A DNA stretch of 64,000 nucleotides, from positions 3,534,001 through 3,598,000 of the forward strand of contig OZ251224.1 in NCBI GenBank assembly GCA_965240325.2, read 5' to 3'. The notes beneath the pieces were generated by a model that was not told the DNA's origin, searched no databases, and saw only the letters and a program-made list of their open reading frames with translations. Positions 50,976 through 62,600 of this stretch are shown here, piece by piece (position 1 is the first letter of the stretch; each line of letters opens with the position of its first letter). The stretch is from Rebecca billardiae RCC1528. Taxonomy: Eukaryota > Protista > Haptophyta. Both the position numbers and the translations under genes were made by a program.

Positions 50976-51628
50976 CGTGCGTCGCCTTTATGGCGGGCCG
51001 TAGGTCCGCCCCTTGTAGTGCCCGGGAAAAAGATAAGAAAAAGAAAAGGAAAAAAGAAAATCGCCTCGCAAAGAAAAGAAAATCGCCTCGCTCACTGCCG
51101 GGTCGCTTCGCTCACTACCGGGCGCCCTCGCAGCTCCCACTGGGGACGCTCGGCCGAAAGAGAGTCCTGGATGGCGCGGAGCGCGTGGGCCGCGCGCGCC
51201 GAATCCAACGCCGGCGCGGACATCGCGCGGGGATTCCCGAGACGTGTTTTCGCCCGATTCGCGTTTGCTGCCCTCGTCGTCTCGCGTGCAGGTCGAACGG
51301 GGGCCAAAGTCGACGCGTTTGGAGGCACGCTCGGCGCGTCGACACGATCGTGCGACCTGGGGCGGTCCTCGCCCGACTTGCACGTCGAGCGCTCGCACGA
51401 GCCATAGTATTAAGCGCTGCGCACGACAACCACCTCGCGCGATCCACCGTCGCGCGTCGAGCTCGGTGCGGAAAGGCCCTCATCACGAGGTGTCTCGCGG
51501 GCGGGAAGCGCCATCGCACGCGACGCAAGATTTGGCGCGGCCTTCTGAACTCGATCGCCGGAATCCGCGCACCGGACTCAGTCATTGCTCGCGGTCCGGT
51601 CCCTCAGCCGAGCCCACGTCCGGCCTGC

Positions 51629-52400
51629 ATGGCGCATGGCGTCGACGGTGACCAATGCGACGGAAGCGCAGCGCTAACGGCGTACGACGCGCAGCGGACG
51701 CACCTCCCGGGTCTGTCGCCGTGGCAGCAACCGCCTCTTCGCGAGTTGGCGACCCTCGCCGCAGCGCGACACAGACAAGCCCGTGATGCCATCCGCAGAG
51801 AGATGAATCGTCGAGCATGCAACATCGCCGCGTCATCCTCGTCCATGGCGCAGGCGCTGCGGGACGAGGCGGAAGTCGTCACGCCGGTGACTGATGCGCT
51901 GCGATTCGTGTGCCCGCGTGAGCAGCGCTTGCCTACTCTCAATCGCGAGTGGCACACGCTGTCGCTGCGCGCGCGCGCGCGCACGACCGCGTGAACGTCA
52001 ACGCGCTCGTGCTCAGCGTGGCGGCCGTGTACGACGTCAACGCGACCTGCGCCGAGCCCATCGTGCCTGGAGCGGACATCGGCAAGCATCCTCGCGACGA
52101 CCGCTCTCGGCTGGCGGCAGGAGGACATGCACATGATCTACTCTGGCGGCTTCGGCGGCGGCGAGGCGCTCGATTACGCCATCGCGGTCGACATGCGGCA
52201 CATACAGCGCGTACCCGCGCTCGCGCGGAGCAACGGGCTACCCGTCCCGCCCCGCGTGCTGACATTCCCTCGTGGGTGTGGGCGGCCTCGCGTTGCTGGT
52301 CCTTGCACTCGACTGTCCGTCACCCACGGCCACAAGCGAATGTGGAAAGACGCGAACCCTCAGAGGATACATTGCGACAGCACTGGCACGGCCCGCCGAC
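51629..52400 (+). pseudogene. Possible frameshifted gene fragment abutting SINE copy 2
   Basis: Protein-like segments switch frame (..LNREWHTLSLRA / HDRVNVNALVLSVAAVYDV.. / MHMIYSGGFGGGEALDYAIAVD). No family recognised. Confidence 0.3.
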
Positions 52401-52432
52401 CCCCCCGCCCGCCAGGGCAGAGTTTTTACTGT

Positions 52433-52616
52433 GGTCTGTGGCCGAGTGGTCAGGAGTACTGGCGTGCTCTTGAGGTCATGGGTTCAAACCAGTTTCCAGG
52501 CAAAGGGGTATTTGATGGTCCTTTGTTCCAGGTCTCTCTTCGGAGAGCGTGCGATGAAGGATGGCGCGGCAACCTGCCACCGTGAGCCTTACGCACGTTA
52601 AAACAAATAAACTGTA
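52433..52616 (+). mobile_element. tRNA-derived SINE, copy 2
   Basis: A box TGGCCGAGTGG and B box GGTTCAAACC; ~32-nt insertion bounded by repeated TTCCAGG; tail identical to copy 1 except for a TA indel. Confidence 0.8.
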
Positions 52617-53876
52617 GCGCGCAGTCTTTCACTCTTTATTACGCACAACACACTTTTACCTGATGCTCCCCCCCGACTCCTCTACCCTATTTGCAAATAG
52701 TGAAATACGACATTGCGGTTCGCTGCGCGAGGCGTCCAATCTTGGCGTATGTGCGAAATCGTTTACTTTCATACAAACGGGCCTCCTAGGACAACCTACA
52801 AGAATGTGTTTATTTTGCGCGCAGTCTTTATGGCCCGCGGTGCAGGGCGGAGCGCGCAGCGTGGAGCCCGCACCAGCGGGCCCGAACCACGTTTCAAACA
52901 GATCTTTGATCAAGAAAAAAGGGACGGGGGGCGATTTTTTAGGGCTGGAGGAGACCGAGTTTCGATTTTGAGACTCCCTTACAGGTGCATTAGCGTCGAA
53001 AAAGGGCGCGTCCGCCGTCTTGAATAGTGAACAGAGGAATCAACGAAACCCACGCCCAAGTGCGCCAGGCAGGGTAATTGTGGGTAGCCTCTCGTTCATG
53101 TGTGACCATAGTAATAAATAAATATGGCCTCGCCGCCGCAACGACTCTCATCGTATTTATCTTCACCGCGGGCCATAATGTATCGTAGTACCCGCGTATG
53201 CCGAAAGCTGGGATTGCAGAGGAAGCGGGTCGCGTATGACCGGACTCTTTTATTAGTTTGCCTCCGCCTTGATGAATATGAACTTGGCTTCGCGGCGGTT
53301 GGTATCTAGAGTCTAAAACCCGCAAGCCTTATTGAAAATACCCGCGCAGCTATTCGTTGCCAGCCCATTCCATAGTCACTGACTTACCGAGCTGGCGAGC
53401 TCAAAACCTGCCGCCGTCGCAAGGACGACGTGTGCAGGTTTCTTCGTTCGGGGGTGGCGAGCGAGCCGCGACGCCACTCTTGGTTGGTCCGCAAGGGGGC
53501 GCTCGATGGGCAGGTGCGCGTGGCGAGTGCCGAGTGGCGCCTGGAGCGCGCGTCTGCGGCGGGTCCCGACGGCCGTCGACATCGCGTTCGTGCCCGCTCA
53601 CTAGTCACTCCGCACGCCCCTGCCGCGCGCCCGCGCCCTGTCGATGCCTGCGCGGCCGGCCGCGCGGCCGTGCCGCCGCCGCCGCAGCCGCCGCCCTGTG
53701 TTCGGGCTCTCGCAAGCTCGGGGGCAGCGGCGCATGATGCCGGACTGATCGATCTCTGAGTCTCCGACTTCACCACACACCCCCCTTGCCATGCCTCTCC
53801 GCCAGGGTCTCCCAGAACTCTTCTTCAGAGCAGGCGCAAGTCGAACTCGGAACTGGCCGCGGCCCCGCGCGCCGTC

Positions 53877-54378
53877 GGCTCCCCGTGGCTGTCAGCTCCG
53901 CGTGGCCTGGGCGCCTGGCGTGCCCAGAGCTGGCCGTGCCTCTGCGACGCGTGCCGAGCCTGACCGAGGTGTGTCACCCCGTGCACGCGCGGCGCGCGCA
54001 AGCACCGGTGCTGCATGGCTGCTCGCACCGTGCTCCCTGGCTCGCGGTCAGTCAGCTCGGCCGCGTGGTGCCTGGTGTGCACGTAGAGTCGCGCTCATGC
54101 GTCGCTCACGCCTCGCGCCCGCCTGTCGGCCGTCGCGCAGGCGCGCAGGTCGAACCCTACTGACCTGCAGATCATCTACTCCTGCGCTGCTGGCGTCGCG
54201 GCGACGACGGTCAGCGGCAGGCCCGAACGAACGGTCGAATCCGCGCGGTCCCGCGCCGTCCGGCTCCCTGGCTGTCAGTCAGCTCCGCCGGTGGCCTGGC
54301 GTGCAAGAGTCGCGCTCGTGCGTCGATCACGCCGAGTCGCATCCGCCTGTCGGCCGTCGCGCACGCGCAGGGGGTCAG
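53877..54378 (+). repeat. Three imperfect dispersed copies of a ~50-120 bp unit
   Basis: gctccc(c)..ggct..gtcagctc..gtgg..cctgg.gtgc..agag at ~53877, ~54032 and ~54262; the last two extend to cgcctgtcggccgtcgcgca. Confidence 0.7.
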
Positions 54379-54882
54379 GTAAGGGCCGTCTGTGATGAGG
54401 GCAGCTCGGCCGACGACCGACAGTCCACACTCGGCGCACGCCGGCGGCGGCGCGGCGCTGGGCGGCGCGCCGCTGGATGGAGTCTAGTTACACGTGTACG
54501 GGACGACTGCGACGGAGGGTGCACCGCCACCGCGGGCCCCGAACTACGTTCGTTCTACGGAAAAGGACCGCGGAACGCGGTCATTAATACTACCCCCATA
54601 CGACTCATTCCAGGATGATTTATAATCATAACGACACAGGTGGCCAGGTATCGCAGTAGGTAGGACGACGCGGGTCTCCTGATTCGTCGGCCGGCAGTGC
54701 CCGATCGTCGACACGAAGTCGGCGTTGGACGGTTGGTGGCAGAGCATAGCCTGCACCGCGATCGGATTGCTTGAGCGCGGCCTACTACTACTGCGACTGC
54801 TGAATTTAATAAGTATAGCCGAATTGGCCGGTATACGGGGTTGGCTGCCGCCGCCGAGCCGTGCCGCTGTGCTCAGTACTGT

Positions 54883-55965
54883 ATCATAGTCATACTGCAG
54901 TCATGTTGTAACCCGGCCACTGTGTCCTTCTGTGGGCCCTTCTGGGTGTGAGCAGGTTGCACCAACCCCCTCCTGAGCGTCTCGCCGCCCCGAGGCGGTA
55001 GCCCCCCCCCCCCCCCCCTGCACCGGAAGTCCAGGGGCGCCAGCCCCCGGACCCACGGGGCCGCCGGCCCGAGGCGAAGAAAAATTGTGGCGCCCTTTTT
55101 GCTGGCGCGCTTTCCTAGCGAGGAACAGGCGAGGCGAACAGCATCGCCGAAGGCGCGCGCCCAAGACGATGGCGGTGCTGGATTCCCCCACGGCCCCCGG
55201 CCGCCCGGCCAAGCCGTGCGTTGTGCGCGTACGTGCAACAGAGAGCGCTGGTGGGCTGGCAGCGCGCTGGCACGCCACGTGCCTTCGTGCTACGGTCCGT
55301 GCTCAATCCAACCGCGACGGCAGGCGGACGCGGTGGCGCGGCGTCCGCGCCGCTCCCGGCCGTTGCGGGCTTGGTCAGCCGAGAGCGCACCGGTTGCGCT
55401 CGCCACGCGGTGGCATGGCAGTGGCCGAGCTTGGGCCGGGCTGGGGCGTCTGCTTGGGTGGGCACTTTGCGAGCAGCGACGCGCCGACCACCCTAGGCTG
55501 GGTGCCGCTCATGAATACCGAGTCGGCGGCCGAGTCCCTGGCAGGGGCGACGATTGCGGTCGCCAGTCCGCGGACGGCACGGTGGGCCGCGCCGACACGA
55601 GGCACGTGCGGTGGCCCCTGGGCAGGCGCATATCGTGAGGTGGTGGATACGTGATGAAGACTACTATGAATTGAAGGTCACTCCCTGCGCCGCAGGCGCG
55701 CTCTCCAGAGTTCTGGTACCACTTGCTACACCGCGACAGCCAGCCCGGGCCCGCGGCCCGCGCCTGCAGCAGCCAACCATGGGCCTGCTGAAGTCGGGTT
55801 GCCTACACCCCGCCCCCTGCGGCTGCAGCCTGCCAGCCCGAGAGGTTGCGCAGGTTGCCCCCCCCCCCCCCCCCCCCCCTGCAGCCCATCAGCCCTTCGA
55901 GCAGGGTGCACCTATACAGAAGGACGTGGGGGGGGGGGGTGCTTCAACATGACTCATTCTATGAT
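54883..55965 (+). mobile_element. Non-autonomous TIR element (MITE-like), copy B, with both imperfect TIRs
   Basis: Left atcatag..agtcatgttg..gtccttctgt; right acagaaggac..caacatgact..ctatgat is its reverse complement. Body homologous to 44516-45375. Confidence 0.78.
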
Positions 55966-56485
55966 TAACGCAGTATCACACGTTCCGGTATTATTTTTGG
56001 GGACTGATGAAACGCAAGCGCAATCAACTCCGCCTCTCTGATCACCAACTGCCAACATCAACGTGCTCACACCACTGCCACTGCTGCAAGCTTCGACCAG
56101 TACCACTACAGACGAATCAGGAGAGCTGCGCCCTCGTGCCTGTGTCACAGGGTACGTTCCACGTAGTTCTGGGTAGTTTATTGAAATTTTGGACTGAATT
56201 TTGGATTGAATTGAAATCGCCTAATGAAGGTGTATCGACTCGAAATCGCCTTCCCGAAGGTGTACTATGGTATTAATCGCGATGTCATCAACCTTTTCGC
56301 AATCTGCGCGCTGGAATGTACCCGCATACACTGATTACCATGAGATCTCAACGCATCAACGCACAGCGACAAGCGGTGCTTGATGATTGCGCGCTGATTC
56401 TCAATTCAGACCGCCTCGTCACCTCGTGGGCCGTGACCTGGTCGGCAACAGGGGCGGGGCTACGGCACGCACTCGCTACCAGACC

Positions 56486-57001
56486 ATGAGAGCCGCGCAA
56501 CGTGGGCCAATGTTCTCGGCCTCGTTGGACGAGCAACTGGGTTTCGTGGAGCTGGACCCGCCAGGAGTGGGCGGTGGCGCACCGACGCTCTCGTCGTCGT
56601 CACCAGCGTCGACAAGCAAGTTGGCGTCCCCAGTCCTCTCTGACAGGCTCCGACGTTCAAAGCGCAACAGTGCCTACTTGCGAGTGCACTTTGAACAAAG
56701 CGATCATCACGAATCAGACGGCGTTTCGACCGACCCCGACGCTGGGACGCCAGGTTCCCAGGATCGATTCCAAACGCCGTCGCCGCAGAGGCAGCAGCAG
56801 GCGATGAACCTGAAGGCTGACCTGGAGCCGCAAACTGCCTTCCTCACCAGCAGTGAACTCGCATCTGAGCTTCAAGCCCTCGGCTTGAAGCTCCAAACGC
56901 AAGCACCGCAGCAGCCGATTCTCTTTGTGCCGCCCGAAACTCACGGCCTAATGAATGCAGATGAGCTTCCCGGCACACCGTCTCGCCGTCGCCGATTCTG
57001 A
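56486..57001 (+). CDS. Small disordered hypothetical protein (171 aa)
   Basis: ATG 56486; S/P/Q-rich, several S/T-P sites, basic C-terminus RRRRF; no family recognised. Confidence 0.4.
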   Translation: MRAAQRGPMFSASLDEQLGFVELDPPGVGGGAPTLSSSSPASTSKLASPVLSDRLRRSKRNSAYLRVHFEQSDHHESDGVSTDPDAGTPGSQDRFQTPSPQRQQQAMNLKADLEPQTAFLTSSELASELQALGLKLQTQAPQQPILFVPPETHGLMNADELPGTPSRRRRF

Positions 57002-58897
57002 ACCCTCTCCGCGACGACATGCGACAGACCGACTCTCGGCGGCCGACCTGGACGCGCTGAGTCATGCCGAGGCCGGCTCGGCCGACGGCTCGGCGTCTGG
57101 TCCACCGAGCGCGGCCAGTCGACTGCTGCTTGACCGTTGAGTGACTCTGAACTGGCGGCTGCCCGGCCCACACACAGCCGCACACTCCGGCTGGCGGCTC
57201 GGCCTAGAGTCGCTGCGACACGGTGTGATCACGGATGCATGTTCTGACGAATGAAAGTGAGAGCATCTTTGACTCATCATCTGACGTGCTTCATCGTCAT
57301 CATGAGGCATCAGACAGTCGCCTGATCAGCCAGTACCCGGGCCCCGGGCCCGTGAGTACTACTGACGGAGTACTCCGACGAAGTGGAAGTCAAGTGCCGC
57401 GCCGGTCGCCCGGTATTACGGCCCTAGCCCTAGCTAGGCGCCCCCGCGCCCGCGGCCGCGCGCATTGCTCGCCCCGGCCCGGCTCCGCCGGGGCCGGGGA
57501 CGAGTGTCAGTGTGGGGCATGCCGCCGTGCATGGTCTGAGCCCTACTCGGACGGCGCGGACGCCGCCCGGCCGGCGCCGGCCGTGGACCCAACCGCCAAA
57601 CTAGATCTGAAAGTGTATACAGTATAGCAGAGGCTCGTGGGGATTCACCTGGCATCAGCATCTGAGGGCGGTCGATCGACAGTAGTGAATAGTGATGACT
57701 CCGGCCGGTTGCGCGCTGGCACTGCTCTGCGAAATAACTAATATAATAATACAAGTCGTCGCACGGCTCTTCGCCACTCTCGGCGACACCCGGACTCGCT
57801 GAGTCACGTCGCGGCGGCCCGCTTACTCAAACGACAATTAAAACGGCCGGCGCACCGCGCACAGACGCACAGTGTGCAATACTCAATAGTCAGGAGTGGG
57901 CTGCCTGGCCTCAACTAGCGAGTAGGGCAGGTGGTGTCTACTTGTATGAAAATTTGCAGCTGCTAAGCTACTAGGTACGAAGTATAGTGATGCTGCGATT
58001 CATGACTACGTCGTAATTAGTAACACTAGAGACAACATGCATCATTGACGAAACCAATGAATACTGCTGGTCCGTACGTACGCGGTACAGTAAGCTACCC
58101 TAGCAAAGAATCTGATATGCTAGGTGCGCACAGCTCAGGCGCCCTTCAATCTCTCTGGACAGATGGTGATGCCTGCTGTCACCGCCCATCAAGCCTTCGC
58201 CGTAGCGCTGCCGCACGATCCATTCAGCCGTCCGCCTGAGGGGGCTGGATGGGGGCACCAGCACCAGTCGTCCTCGCCCCGCGCAGTCATCCACAAAACG
58301 TCGTCGTCGTGCGAACTCTCCGACTGAGCGCCGATGCGACAGTGCGCCGACAGGAGGACGAGAAAGGGAATGTGGGGCCCCACTTTCGGATGGGTCAGGC
58401 GCATATCGAACGGCAAGATGAACAGGGGTATCACATCACGCAGGCGGAGGCCGGAGGGCAGCTGCTCCTGAGGTCTGGATCTCGGTGCAAGTGAGCATAC
58501 GCCATACAACTTACAAGCTAGCTTGCTCATGCGTTATTGCGTGTCGGAAACAACCGGATGCCACGGAACGAGGTCGGCGCCAAGCGCTCCTAGGGCAGTG
58601 GCGAGGACGCCGGCTTGGTAGCCAAGGTATCAGGCCGCGCGTGCTCATCCGTCAGGTCATCAAGACATGAAGTGTCTCATCAGTCCGAGTCAGAGCGGAC
58701 CAATCCGTACCGAGTGACGGTACTGTACACCGGCAGATGAAGTTCGGCGTGGTTTGTGGAAGACACAGCATGCGGCTGGTCACTCCGAGAAGAGTATAGT
58801 GGCGACAGCCACTGTTGATGGTGTGCTCATATGCGCGCTCATGTGGCCGATGATGTGCGACAGTGCGAGGTGTGACATGTACTCCGCGCGCGGCACC

Positions 58898-59395
58898 TCA
58901 CGCGGCTGCGATCGGCTCCGGGGCCTCGATAGGGACGCCAGAAGAGCGAAGCGAGGACTTGCGCTTCTCGTGGTTGCCCTTCTCCTCGTTGCTGAGCTTC
59001 CGCTTCTTCTTCTCCTTGGCCGGCTTCTTCTCCTTCTTGGCGACGGCGGGCGTGTCGAGCGCCGAGCGATCAGGAGGAGATTCGGCGCCGGCGTCGTCCT
59101 CGGCACCAGCTGGGTCCGCGTCCTCAGCGCCGGTAGCGTCCTTCGCCTTTGAGCTCGAGGCTGCTTTCTTCTTCCCGCCGCCCTTCGCCTTGCCCGTGCC
59201 CTTCTTCTTCGCGCCCTTCGAGCTGTTCTCGTCAGCCTCTGCGTTTGCGTTGGCCTCGCCGTCCGAGACAAAGTCGATGTCCCGCTCGGTAGCGGCGGGC
59301 GCCTCGCCGCCCTTGTTCTCCGAGTTGAGGTCACGTTCCTCGTCGTGCGCCAGCTCCTGCATCTCGGCCTCGGGCTCCTGCGGCTCGGTGGACAT
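58898..59395 (-). CDS. Small highly charged (Glu/Asp, Lys-rich) protein, 165 aa
   Basis: ATG 59395 MSTEPQEPEAEM..; AAG/GAG-biased codons; NLS-like KEKKKRK. Confidence 0.7.
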   Translation of the reverse strand: MSTEPQEPEAEMQELAHDEERDLNSENKGGEAPAATERDIDFVSDGEANANAEADENSSKGAKKKGTGKAKGGGKKKAASSSKAKDATGAEDADPAGAEDDAGAESPPDRSALDTPAVAKKEKKPAKEKKKRKLSNEEKGNHEKRKSSLRSSGVPIEAPEPIAAA

Positions 59396-59624
59396 CGCGC
59401 TCGCGGTGGCGGCCTGGCGGGTGTGGGAGGCCGGTTGCGCTGAGGTCAAGTGCGCGGCGCGCCGCTGTGCGCTCGCTCGGACGCGCGCTGGCGCTCACCA
59501 ACGCACGCCTGCCCCGCGCCAACGGTCTGCCCTGCTGACTCCCTTGGCCCTGCACAAGTCCGGGAGGCGAGCACGCTGCACGCCGGACGGTGTCCGGGCG
59601 CGGCTCAGCCAAGCTGAAAGCGCG

Positions 59625-62600
59625 ATGGCGATGCGGCGCCTCTCCGCCGCGCCGATGCGGCGGCTCGCCGCGCTCTCGAGGACGGTCGGCCCGCCGATCG
59701 CCCCGCACCGGGGCCTGCTGACCCACCGCGTGCCGTGCACGCCGCCCGGCGACGGGCTGCGCGCCGTCGAGGGCGCCAACGCGGAGCGCGTGCTCGCGTG
59801 GATGGCCAAGAAGGCCGCGCTGCGGCAGGACATGTTTTTGCTCGGCGCGCCCGGCCCGGAGATGCGGCGCCTGGCGTTCCGCTTCTGCGAGCTCGCGCGG
59901 CGCGAGTGCGAGTACGTCGCGCTCACGCGCGACACGAGCGAGGCCGACCTCAAGCAGCGGCGCGAGATTGAATCTGGCACGATGGCGTACGTCGACCAGC
60001 CCGCCGTGCGCGCGGCGCTGCACGGCCGCGTGCTCGTGCTCGAGGGCGTGGAGAAGGCGGAGCGCAACATGCTCCCGCTGCTCAACAACCTCCTCGAGAA
60101 CCGCGAGATGTCCCTTGACGACGGCCGCTTCCTCGTCGCCCCGGCGCGCTACGACTCGTTGCTCTCCGAGGGCTCGAGCGCGGCGGAGCTCGAGGCGCGC
60201 GGCCTCGTGCGCGTCTCGCCGGACTTCCTGGTGATTGCGCTCGGGCTGCCGGTCGCGGCGTTCGGCGGCACGCCGCTCGACCCGCCGCTCCGCTCGCGCT
60301 TCCAGGCGTGCACGCTGCACCCGCTGCCGCCGGCCGCGCGCGCGGCCGCGCTCGCGGCGCTCGCGCCGGCCGTGCCGCCTGAGCAGCTTGTCCGGGTCTC
60401 GACGGCGACGGACGCGCTGCGGCTGCTCTCGAGCCTCGAGCGCGGCGGCGGCGGCGGCGGGGGGGGCGGGGGCGCGTCCGCCGCGTCGGCGCAGCGCGGC
60501 TGGGGCGCGGTGCCGTGGCTGCCCGAGGCCGCGCTCGCGCCGCTCGCGCGCGGGCTGAACGTTCTCGGAAACTTCGGCGGCGCGCCGGAGGCCTCGGCGG
60601 CGGGGGCGGCGGAGGCGGCGGCGGTGCTGCTGCACCGCGCGCTGCCCTACTCGCTGCTCGCGCCGCAGGCCGCCGCGGCGACTAGCGGCGCGCTCCGGCA
60701 GTGCGGCCTGCTGCCGCCCGCGCACCCATCCGCGCCGCCCGACGCCGCCGGCGCGGCGGGCGGCGGTGGCGCGCCGGGCGCGGACGCGGCCGTTCAGCCG
60801 CCGTCGCTCGGCCTTCGCCTCGAGGCGGTCGCGCCCGGCGCGGCGCCGCCCGCCGATCCGAAGCGCGAGGGCGCGCGCGCGGCGGCCGGGGACCCCGCCG
60901 CGCCGCGCGTGCTCTCGCTCGAGCTCGCCAACGCCCTCGGCGCGCGCGTGCGCCTCGAGGCGGCGCTCGCGGGCGAGGGCGGCGCGCTCCGAGGCGCGGG
61001 CCCGCTGCGCTCAGAGCTCGCACTGGCCAGCCAGGAGGAGGCGCTGGGCGCGCTGGTGCAGTCGCACGCGCTGGGCGCGGACAGCTGCGTGGTCGGGAGC
61101 AAGGGCTCGGGCAAGACGCAGCTCGCGCGCCGCTTCGCCCGCGCGCTCGGCTACCACGTCGCCACGATGCACTGCTACCAAGACATGACGAGCCGAGACC
61201 TTTTGCAGCGGCGCGCGACCGACGCGCGCGGCGACACGGTCTGGCAGGACTCCTTGCTGGTCCGGGCGGCGCGCGAGGGGTGGCTCGCGGTGCTCGACGG
61301 CGTGCACAGGCTGGCGCCGGGCGTGCTCCCCGCTGCGCTCGGCCCGCTGCTCACCGACCGCCACGCCGAGCTCCCCGACGGCACGCGCCTCCTCTCGGCG
61401 GAGCAGTGGGATGCGCTGCGCGCGCGCGGCCACTCGGCTGCCGAGCTCGGGCGCTGCGGCTGCGTGCGCGTGCACCCTGCCTTCCGCGTGCTCGCGACGG
61501 CGGAGCCGCCGGACGCGGCGCGGCCGTGGCTCGGGCCGGAGGTGCTGCCGTGCTTCCAGTTCCACGTGCTGCCCGCCTCGCCGCCCGCCGAGGTGATCGA
61601 ACAGCTCGGCGCGCGGCTCGAGCGCGCGGCTGCGGACGCGCACGGCGGCGCGGGCGGCGGCGCGGGCGGCGGCGCGGGCGGCGGCGCGGCGCGCGCAGAC
61701 GGAGTGCCGCCCGCGGACGCGCGCGCGGCGCTGGGCAAGCTGCGCGCGCTGGCGGACGCGCTGTGGGCGGGCCTGGAGCACGACCCCGCGCTGCGCGCCT
61801 CGCTCCTCTCCACGCGCGCGCTCTGCCGCCTCGGCGCGAGCGCGGTCGCGCGCCCCGAGCAGCTGGACGCGTCCGTGCGCCGGCTGATTGCCCCACGGCT
61901 GCGCTCGATGCCCGCGGCGGCGCGCGAGGCGGTGCACGAGCTGCTCGGCGCGGCCGGGGTGCTGCACGCGAGCACGGCGCTGCCGGGGCTGGCGCGTGGC
62001 GGCGCGCCCGCCGCCGCGCTCGCCGAGTCCGACCTCACCTCGCTCGACGCCGACGGCCACCTGCGCATCGGCGCCGTGCGCTCGGCGCGGCAGGTGCCGA
62101 GCGCGCCGGCTCGCCCCGAGCTCGTGCCCGAGATCGAGTTCCACGAGACGGCGGCGCACGCGGCGGTGCTCGCGGAGATGCTCGCGGACGACAACGCGGG
62201 GCACGCGCTGCTGCTGCTGGGGGACCAGGGCGTGGGCAAGAACAAGCTGTGCGACCGGCTCCTCCAGCTCCTCCGCCGCGAGCGCGAGTACGTACAGCTG
62301 CACCGAGACACGACGCTTCAGGCGCTCACGCTCGCGCCGACGCTCGAGGGCGGCGTCGTCGTGTGGCGCGACTCGCCGCTGGTGCGCGCGGCGACGCTGG
62401 GGCGCACGCTGGTGGTGGACGAGGCGGACAAGGCGCCGCTCGAGGTGGTGTGCGTGCTGCGCTCGCTCATCGAGGACGGCGAGCTGCAGCTCGCCGACGG
62501 CCGCTTCCTCTCGCGCGCGGCGTCGCTGGCGGGCGCGGCCGCGCCGGGCGCGGCGGGCGCAGCGGCAGCGGGCGCGGCGGCGGGCGGCGCGCCTCGCGGC

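Noticed and set aside
52546-52600. SECIS element or hammerhead ribozyme in the SINE tail
   Set aside because: ATGA..TGAG is suggestive, but the helix is irregular, no selenoprotein gene is adjacent and the CUGAUGA/GAAA core is absent.
56486-57001. SIAMESE-type CDK inhibitor assignment
   Set aside because: Only TP sites and an FVPP word; too weak to support.
58045-58670. Short ORFs in lower-GC region
   Set aside because: No recognisable motifs or consistent codon bias.
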